Shown here piece after piece: positions 58,401 to 64,000 of a stretch of 64,000 nucleotides of DNA; the stretch's first letter is position 1, and every line of letters starts with the position of its first letter. This DNA is from Oscillospiraceae bacterium (lineage in GTDB: Bacteria > Bacillota > Clostridia > Oscillospirales > CAG-272). The DNA is taken from NCBI GenBank assembly GCA_015063625.1, contig SVTT01000004.1, positions 2,223 through 66,222 on the forward strand, in the 5' to 3' direction. The notes under the pieces were generated by a model that saw only the letters and a list, made by a program, of their open reading frames with translations, was not told the origin of the DNA and ran no database searches. Both the position numbers and the translations under genes were made by a program.

Positions 58401-59092
58401 TGCAGTATGGCATCAGGGAGATCGGTGACGAGGTCTTTTACCGTTGCACGTCGCTCACCTCTCTCAGCTTCCCCGACAGCGTGACCAAGCTGGGTAAAAA
58501 TGTGGCGAGATATTGTAGCTCCTTGCTTTTGGTTGAGCTTCCTCAGGGTCTGCTTGAGATCCCCAAAAATTCCTTCCGCAACTGCACAGCTCTGGTTGGC
58601 GTGGAGATTCCGGCGTCGGTCAAAACCATCGGAAATCGCGCCTTCTATAATTGCAAGGCAATGAGCGCGCTCATCATGCACGATGGACTGAACAAGATCG
58701 GCAAGAAGGCGTTTTACCATTGTGAGGGCCTGACCGAGGTTTCAATTCCTTCCACCGTTACCAAGCTCGGCAAGGCAACCTTCCGCGGATGCGAAAATCT
58801 GACCGATCTGGTCACTCCCTTCGTCGGTCCGAACGCCAAAAATGCCAAGCGCATTTCCTACATCACCAATAGCGACGAATTGATGTATATTGAAGTGACC
58901 TCTGCCAAAAAAATTGCCAAGAAGGCGTTCAAAAACTGTGAGTATCTGATCGCCCTGACGCTCAACGAGGGGATCACCTCGATCGGAGAGGGCGTTGTGG
59001 ACGGATGCATGCTGCTCCGTATCGTCTATCTGCCCCGGTCACTTTCAGAGTTCTCTGAGCTCTTCCCGCCGAGCGTCGTTCAATACCAATAA
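55412..59092 (+). CDS. membrane-anchored leucine-rich-repeat (BspA-type LRR) protein, about 1226 aa
   Basis: Lys-rich N-terminus, TM helices, then more than 20 repeats of the F..C..L..I.LP..L..IG..AF..C type characteristic of BspA-like LRRs; AAGAGGAG RBS before ATG 55412. Confidence 0.75.
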   Translation: MSQEKNKNAKKANAPKSAATGNAKVVAEKAEQPKQSAPVQKKEAAVTPVQRLGDKIPPEHAQEFLLGPRSVGDVSNSAILYERFGYTHKTVQMSVTCHGYYDKDTAKLIGILPRIALVTVWEKASRWFVEHPEQGKACSLTLSEWEENRSKLEKYLARVNRNTELTVGEVMDIPELVFEELFLTKADRTVLLLKAAIFYEIEEINRLKKRWKKIKKYKHRVALNVADGGVFTAEETLILSELGIRRLNDIRKSDIYFLKHHLQTRDFFTIVEEINAAFKEDLERRKDKRYKFYPFLIGYLALGIVAYFSFTYQYTLIKDAAANTVYINALACAWILGLLLLLRGALRAIRRRRTKAPDYYYFTRKVRRATKFLAVLSLAILGATAMFYQRYDDYDSTLYYREVKEGGIAVAGLRNEEVKNITVPESVGDRQIVLVDTAAFKGDDIVDIVLPGGVTKIKSSAFAGCEQLKYVLQDASLGGVTEVGRSAFRDCTSLQTVDFSSQLRLIGDRAFEECKSFLDVSLDSAEVIGKKSFFNCKGFRQIVIQPVTQEIGKNAFGGCTSITDITLPFIGKNRALADKQSLNYIIDCDSHTGGSTFTVTITDISFIHGAAFNDCESVGEIRLPEYITEIEEGAFDGAKNLRAVNIPNAVTVLNKHLFKDCRSLTTITGGTGITTIGEGVFSGCSALVSVNFPSLTVIGKEAFLNCGSLLEIGEHTRLSRVEEAAFAGCASLSSMDLSSCSSDGIGEAVFRNCGMLSTVLLPAGMQTIPAALFDGCHFLNDFTFDPATTAIGDEAFRGTGLRTLSLHEGLTSIGDSAFESCTGIGILLLPESLTHVGKDAFSSCSGVYELKTPFIGESREHAKRGLSYMFGNHTSISTIIVTSMSTITPDTFKAAKSSLSKVVLGDGVQIIKNKSFKGYTHLGSISFGQSLTTVGSEVFADCKGLTHFDFGETNVQKIGKGAFSNCTSLQGVVLPGTLEKIPDKLFRKCTQLRTVEMQYGIREIGDEVFYRCTSLTSLSFPDSVTKLGKNVARYCSSLLLVELPQGLLEIPKNSFRNCTALVGVEIPASVKTIGNRAFYNCKAMSALIMHDGLNKIGKKAFYHCEGLTEVSIPSTVTKLGKATFRGCENLTDLVTPFVGPNAKNAKRISYITNSDELMYIEVTSAKKIAKKAFKNCEYLIALTLNEGITSIGEGVVDGCMLLRIVYLPRSLSEFSELFPPSVVQYQ

Positions 59093-59164
59093 CCCCCTTG
59101 TCGGCGCTTCGCCTCGCTTGAGGCGGAGTGCCGATGAGAATAACTTTTGGAGTAATACCTGATT

Positions 59165-61021
59165 ATGATTTATACCTGTCAACATTGCGGCGCGTGGTTT
59201 TCCGCAAAGGATATCCGCGCGGCACTCGAGAAAAATGAGACCGTCATCGTGTGTAAGAGCTGTGGCATGGTCAACGAGTTCCGTGAGATGAAATCCTCTC
59301 ACGCGGCACGCGGCTATGATTATCTTTGCATCGGTGATTTCTACCGTGCCTCTTATTCCTTTTCCACCGCCATTGACGATGCAAAACGGCACGCCCATCA
59401 CCCCTCGCCCGACACCTATCTCGGCTATGCGCTGGCGCAGTTCCGCGTGCAGACCGTTTTCAGTGACGATGACAGCGCGCGCCTTGAATTGCCCGAGCTG
59501 ATCTGCCACCGCTGCAATGAGATGTATTTTTCGGACAGTGAGGCCTATATGAACGCCAAGAACAGCATCAAGACCGAGATGGAGGTCGCGATGCAGGCAG
59601 AGCAGCTCCAAAAGCTTGACAACTATGCCAAATATATCGATGGCATCAAGGATTATTATGACGGCATCAAGCGCACCAAGGGCAGCTCGTTCAAGTACAA
59701 TACCTTTATTGCATATGAGGATCGCAGCGCCGAGATCGGCAATCGCGGCTACGAGTATGCCAATAAGGTGAGAAACAGCCTGCCTGATAGGATCAAGGAT
59801 GTCTTTTTGCCCGATATTGAGGAGTATTCCTCGGATGAGGAATACGAGGCAGCGATCCTTTATGCACTGGAGAACTCCAGCTGTATGCTGGTCATTACCG
59901 ACAATGACATCGATTCGCGCCTCACGAACCTGTATTCGCGCTTTTACTATATCAGCCGCGAGCAGAAAAAGGGTGGCAATAACCTTGGCTTCGTGCGCTA
60001 TTGCGGTCATATCACCATTGCGCTTCCCGACAGGACCATCGCCGAGAAAAACGTATTCGATATCGAGAACAAGGCGGATTACTGCAACTTTGTGCTGAGC
60101 AAAAACGGTATCGTGCATGACGTCTCGGTTCAGACGGTGATTGATACGGATGTGCGCAATCTGATCGACGCGAATCCGGATGATGAGGTGATCGCGGCGG
60201 ACGATTTCGGCTCAGATAAGCCCTATCACAGTCTGCCCGGTAAGTTTATCTCGTTCGGAAGCTATCCGCAGAAGCATGTGGCGAACAAGGAGCTTGAGGA
60301 GCATTTCCTCGGTTACGGCAGACCCTCTCCGTCAGATGACAAGGGGTGGTGCACTCTGTCCTATACCAAAAAGGGCAATCCCCATATGTGGTATCGCGAT
60401 GAGGTCGTGGGCGAAAAGAAGTACCGTGCCGTGTATTTTTCCAAGGCGCGCGAGCTTTATTCGGTGCAGAGCTCGGATATTCTCAATGCCTCGCAGAAGA
60501 AAAACGGCTACCTGCCGATGCGTGTGTATTGCTTTGAGTTCGAGCCTATCATTTGGCAGATGCGCAATATCACGGGAGATACGGCAATTCTCATTGCCAA
60601 CCATGGCATTGACAGCCGCGAGTATAACAATACCGAGCTGAGTGGCGATTGGAGCAGATCCACCATCCACCGTTGGCTCAATGAGGAGTTTGTCAAGACG
60701 GCGTTTACGGAAGAAGAGCAGGAATACCTTGGTATGCTCGACAGCGTCGATGAAAACGACAGGATCTATCTCGTCGACCGTTCCTTTGACCGCGATTTTT
60801 ATAGCGACTCTCAGAGGTCCATTCGCGGTAGCGATTATTACAAGTGTATCGGCGGCCTTGGCGAATTCAGCATCAATAATTACTGGATCACCGCAGGCAT
60901 CGGCACAAACGACCGAGAGGCAAACGTGGTATTTCCTTCCTCCAAGGCGGGACTTGGTACGCAGTATGTTGACTGCACGGGCGTTGCCGTGCTTCCCAAG
61001 ATCGTTATCAAGCTTTCATAA
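59165..61021 (+). CDS. hypothetical protein with N-terminal zinc ribbon, a possible TIR-like domain (residues about 170-290) and an uncharacterised C-terminal domain
   Basis: CQHCG...CKSCG ribbon; segment NTFIAYEDRSAEIG...VFLPDIE...AAILYALENSSCMLVITDN has a TIR-like beta-alpha pattern, but the assignment is weak. Confidence 0.45.
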   Translation: MIYTCQHCGAWFSAKDIRAALEKNETVIVCKSCGMVNEFREMKSSHAARGYDYLCIGDFYRASYSFSTAIDDAKRHAHHPSPDTYLGYALAQFRVQTVFSDDDSARLELPELICHRCNEMYFSDSEAYMNAKNSIKTEMEVAMQAEQLQKLDNYAKYIDGIKDYYDGIKRTKGSSFKYNTFIAYEDRSAEIGNRGYEYANKVRNSLPDRIKDVFLPDIEEYSSDEEYEAAILYALENSSCMLVITDNDIDSRLTNLYSRFYYISREQKKGGNNLGFVRYCGHITIALPDRTIAEKNVFDIENKADYCNFVLSKNGIVHDVSVQTVIDTDVRNLIDANPDDEVIAADDFGSDKPYHSLPGKFISFGSYPQKHVANKELEEHFLGYGRPSPSDDKGWCTLSYTKKGNPHMWYRDEVVGEKKYRAVYFSKARELYSVQSSDILNASQKKNGYLPMRVYCFEFEPIIWQMRNITGDTAILIANHGIDSREYNNTELSGDWSRSTIHRWLNEEFVKTAFTEEEQEYLGMLDSVDENDRIYLVDRSFDRDFYSDSQRSIRGSDYYKCIGGLGEFSINNYWITAGIGTNDREANVVFPSSKAGLGTQYVDCTGVAVLPKIVIKLS

Positions 61022-61071
61022 GGATAAGAAAGCGAATCAAACCCTCCCCAAGTCCTCGATCTTCAGTACCA

Positions 61072-61322
61072 CGGCGCCCCGTCCAAGGGCGTCCTCGCGG
61101 TATGTCCGAACATGATCAACCCGGTAGGGGTCGGCGCCCACGACGACCCGTCCAAGGGCGTCCTCGCGGCACATTCGGGCATGATCAACCTCGGTAGGGG
61201 TCGGCGCCCACGACGACCCGTCCAAGGGCGTGCTCGCGGCACATTCGGGCATGATCAACCTCGGTAGGGGTCGGCGCCCACGACGACCCGTCCAAGGGCG
61301 TCCTCGCGGTATGCTCGAATAT
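61072..61322. repeat. 3.5 tandem copies of a 70-bp GC-rich repeat
   Basis: period 70 (CCGTCCAAGGGCG at 61079, 61149, 61219, 61289); units nearly identical so no spacers (not CRISPR); same family as 31268-31350 and 63885-64000. Confidence 0.8.
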
Positions 61323-61429
61323 CCTACCATGTACGATGTAATAGGAGCATGACTTCCTCTCGCCCCCGAGGATTCCAAAACAAAAGAGCCCGTGTGCTTC
61401 AAGCACACGGGCTCTTTTATTATATTGGT

Positions 61430-62353
61430 TCAAGCCTTGGTGCGGTTTGTCAGCTTGGCGTAAACGCCCTTGACAACGCGCTCGATCAGCTCGATAAAGT
61501 CGTAAACAAGGTTGGCACCTGCGATCACGGTGTTAGCGATGGCAAGCGCTTCGGTGCGCGAGCTCTCCCGTACCACATCATCGGCAAGCGAGTCGTGGGG
61601 GAGCTTCAGCTGATCCTCCACGGTGTGAAGGAAGGCACATGCCGTGTCGATCGGAATGGCATATTTCATACCCACCGCCTCGTTTCTCGCCGAAACGTGC
61701 ACGCCGATGACCTTACCCTCCTCGTTAAAGAGAGGACCGCCCGAGTTGCCGGGGTTGGTGGCGGCGTCGGTCATGATGTAGTAGCGCTCCTCAACCTTGC
61801 GGTAGTTGTCGCTGACGATACCGCCTGTCATGCAAAGACCCTCGCCCTTGGAGTTGCCGATATAATAGACGTGCTGACCGATGCGAACGGTAGAGGACTG
61901 ACCGAGCGTGAGGTTGACGGCACCTCTTGGCATATCCTCGGTGGCAAGCAGAGCAAGATCGGCGCTGTCGGCGTCATCCCCGTCGGTATTGCCGATGGCG
62001 ATCACGTGGGCGCGGATGAAGTGATCTCCCAGCTTGACAAAAATGTTTTTCGAGATCTTCTCGCTCGGGTCAAGCACGGCGTGTGCGTTGGTCAGCACAA
62101 GACCGTTTTTGGAAATGACAAAGCCCGAGGCAGCACCGGTATCGGTTCTGATCTCCACCACGCCGTCCTTGTTGTCGGCATAGATATCCTCCGAGCTGGT
62201 GGCTTTGATCGCAGGTGCCTGCACGGAGGGCAGGTCCTTTGCGGGTTCAAAGTCGGTTTTGTCAAAGCAAGAGCCGCAATAAACGCAACGGAAAGCGCCC
62301 TTGGCATCCTCTTTGCAGGTTCCGCCGCAGGCGAGACAGGTTTTCACAGACAT
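61430..62353 (-). CDS. trypsin-like serine protease (S1C-type) with N-terminal zinc ribbon
   Basis: GNSGGPL catalytic serine motif, His/Asp upstream, N-terminal CxxC...CxxC. Confidence 0.75.
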   Translation of the reverse strand: MSVKTCLACGGTCKEDAKGAFRCVYCGSCFDKTDFEPAKDLPSVQAPAIKATSSEDIYADNKDGVVEIRTDTGAASGFVISKNGLVLTNAHAVLDPSEKISKNIFVKLGDHFIRAHVIAIGNTDGDDADSADLALLATEDMPRGAVNLTLGQSSTVRIGQHVYYIGNSKGEGLCMTGGIVSDNYRKVEERYYIMTDAATNPGNSGGPLFNEEGKVIGVHVSARNEAVGMKYAIPIDTACAFLHTVEDQLKLPHDSLADDVVRESSRTEALAIANTVIAGANLVYDFIELIERVVKGVYAKLTNRTKA

Positions 62354-62384
62354 AGTATCCTCCTTGAGTCAGATGAGCGGTGCC

Positions 62385-62702
62385 TTATCTCCAGAATTTT
62401 TTATCCAGACGGGCAAGCGTTCTCTTGGCGTGATTTTGTTTGATCTTCAAAAGCAGGATTTTTGGAGAGCCCTTGGAGTAGTCCATACGGGCAATGTCGA
62501 CCATGTGGTCGTTCTTCTCACTTTCATCCAGCTTGGCAGCCAGCTTTTGCAGCTTTTTCAGTTTGGCATAGAGCTTTTCAACGTAGGGATTTGCGGATAT
62601 GTCCTTTTTGGAGCAGTCAAATGAGAATGCCTCAAGGCAATCTCTGATGTAGGCACGGTAGCCAACTGTCTTGTCATCTCGCATTCGCCTATACCTCCGC
62701 AC
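62385..62702 (-). CDS. small hypothetical protein (105 aa)
   Basis: ORF only; basic, helical. Confidence 0.35.
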   Translation of the reverse strand: MRRYRRMRDDKTVGYRAYIRDCLEAFSFDCSKKDISANPYVEKLYAKLKKLQKLAAKLDESEKNDHMVDIARMDYSKGSPKILLLKIKQNHAKRTLARLDKKFWR

Positions 62703-62782
62703 ATCGATTTTAACAGTTTCATTTTACTACAAAAAAGCAGAGATGTCAATGAATTGTCGAAAATTCCCCGAGATAAAGAAAA

Positions 62783-63709
62783 TCATTCGAACAAGGGGGT
62801 GGAGAAGTAGCGCTCTGCGGTGTCGGGGAGAACGGTGACCACGGTTTTGCCCTTGCCGAGCTTTTTGGCAAGGCGGATGGCGGCGGCAACGTTGGTGCCG
62901 CTGGAAATGCCGCACATGATGCCCTCGTGGGTGGCAAGCATCTTGGAGGTGCGGATCGCCTCCTCATCTCCCACGATGCAGATGTCGTCGTAGATATCTT
63001 GATTCAGAATAGCAGGGATCAGTCCGTCACCGATACCCATTTGCAGGTGCGTGCCGATCGAACCGCCCGAAAGAATGGCGGCGTGCTCGGGCTCCACCGC
63101 CCAGATCTCCATGTCGGGATTGGCTGCCTTCAGTGTTTCGCCGATGCCCGTGATGGTGCCGCCCGTGCCGATGCCCGAGCAAAAGCCGTGAATGGGACAT
63201 CCCGCTTGCTCCAAGATCTCCACGCCCGTGCAGCTGCGTTGCACGGCAACGTTGGCGGGGTTTTCAAACTGTTGAGGCACGAAAACACGGGGATCCTCAC
63301 GCCGCATGCGCAGCGCGGTTTGCAGGCATTCCTCAATGCAGTCGCCGATGTTGCCTGCGTCGTGGATGAGAATGACCTCGGCACCGTAGTGCTCTACCAG
63401 CTTGCGGCGCTCTTCGCTGACCGAATCGGGCATAATGATACGGGTTTTGTAGCCCCGCACGGCGCCGACCAGGGCAAGACCGATGCCTTGGTTTCCGCTG
63501 GTCGGCTCAACAATGATGGTGTCGGGGCGGATCAGCCCCGACTCCTCGGCTTCGCGGATCATATTAAAGGCAGTACGCGTCTTGATCGAGCCACCGACGT
63601 TCAGACCCTCGAATTTGACTAAGATCTCCGCCCCGTCAGGATCCGGTAGGCGGCGCAGCCGAATGAGAGGAGTGTTGCCGATGGCATCGAGAATAGAGTG
63701 ACAGATCAT
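62783..63709 (-). CDS. cysK: cysteine synthase A (O-acetylserine sulfhydrylase)
   Basis: PLP lysine motif SIKTRTA, GTGGT glycine loop, overall CysK similarity; start at MICHSILDAIGNTPLIRL. Confidence 0.9.
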   Translation of the reverse strand: MICHSILDAIGNTPLIRLRRLPDPDGAEILVKFEGLNVGGSIKTRTAFNMIREAEESGLIRPDTIIVEPTSGNQGIGLALVGAVRGYKTRIIMPDSVSEERRKLVEHYGAEVILIHDAGNIGDCIEECLQTALRMRREDPRVFVPQQFENPANVAVQRSCTGVEILEQAGCPIHGFCSGIGTGGTITGIGETLKAANPDMEIWAVEPEHAAILSGGSIGTHLQMGIGDGLIPAILNQDIYDDICIVGDEEAIRTSKMLATHEGIMCGISSGTNVAAAIRLAKKLGKGKTVVTVLPDTAERYFSTPLFE

Positions 63710-63884
63710 GTAAAAAACCTCGCAAAACATTCTGTTAAAATTGTATACCAAAAGAGGGAAAATGTCAACCGCCTGCAAGCATAAATATGTAAATATATAG
63801 GGTATACGGAAGAAGCAGCCGATGCTTCCATCGGCTGCTTCTTAGGGACAAGAGTGCGAGTCGGACACGCCCGAAAGCCCTGAT

Positions 63885-64000
63885 TCCGGTAGGGGTCGGC
63901 GCCTTCGACGACCCGTTTTTGGACGCTTTTGCGGCATGCTCGGGTGTGATCAACCCGGGGGGGAGGGTGCGGCGCCTTTGACGACCCGTCCATGGGCACC
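63885..64000. repeat. further copies (1.5 or more, running off the window) of the GC-rich dispersed repeat
   Basis: CCGGTAGGGGTCGGCGCCTTCGACGACCCGT... closely matches the 61.1 kb units; an inverted partial copy (GGGCGTGTTCGACTCGCTCTCTTGTCCCTAAG) is at 226-258. Confidence 0.7.

Noticed and set aside
61072-61322. Possible CRISPR array
   Set aside because: The units are 70 bp, nearly identical and directly abutting with no unique spacers; no cas genes are nearby.

Overview
This window is about 64 kb of GC-rich (roughly 58-60%) bacterial chromosome with Firmicutes/Clostridia-type gene content, covering a housekeeping backbone and a roughly 30 kb accessory locus. The Clostridia assignment rests on the ispH-rpsA fusion gene, T-box leaders on tyrS and thrS, the cmk-plsC-ispH/rpsA gene order, and a COG4260 SPFH protein beside PspA-like genes. 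Positions 1 to about 31.2 kb and 61.4 to 64 kb are ordinary chromosomal backbone: serC-serA, prfB, a fucA-fucI module with a divergent AraC regulator, T-box::tyrS, an RpiR regulator, a BaiN-like flavoprotein, cmk-plsC-ispH/rpsA, a degenerate MGS-like protein, T-box::thrS, gpmI, ackA, tmcAL, tRNA-Pro and tRNA-Leu, a MATE transporter, a Zn-ribbon serine protease and cysK. Positions about 31.45 to 61.0 kb form one tightly packed plus-strand accessory locus of 14 genes, driven by a perfect consensus sigma-A promoter (TTGACA-N17-TATAAT). It encodes an SPFH/COG4260 protein with a C-terminal zinc ribbon, three coiled-coil PspA/ESCRT-III (Snf7)-like proteins starting MGLF/MALF (two ending in MIM1-like motifs) and two AAA+ ATPases with N-terminal MIT-like three-helix domains. 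One ATPase is SpoVK/CbbX-type; the other is RuvB-like and fused to a C-terminal PD-(D/E)xK nuclease-like domain. Downstream in the same locus are an unknown protein, a 1277-aa SNF2-family helicase, two large Cys-rich unknowns, a 2365-aa surface protein made of about 25 MBG-type repeats, another unknown, a 1226-aa BspA-type leucine-rich-repeat protein and a possibly TIR-like protein. I read the first part of this locus as a candidate undescribed ESCRT-III/Vps4-like membrane-remodelling system coupled to a nucleic-acid-processing module. The locus is bracketed by copies of a GC-rich dispersed repeat family (about 31.27-31.35 kb, a 3.5 x 70-bp tandem array at 61.07-61.32 kb, more copies at 63.88 kb to the window end, and an inverted partial copy near the window start). 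A second, structured intergenic repeat family occurs three times (18.5, 22.0 and 28.0 kb); its interleaved 8-mers show a compensatory change between copies, which argues for a conserved fold. A 29-nt direct repeat of the tRNA-Leu 3' end lies 235 bp downstream of the intact tRNA, next to a lower-GC ORF fragment, suggesting an eroded tRNA-targeted integration site. I saw no CRISPR array, no rRNA and no recognisable phage structural or integrase genes.
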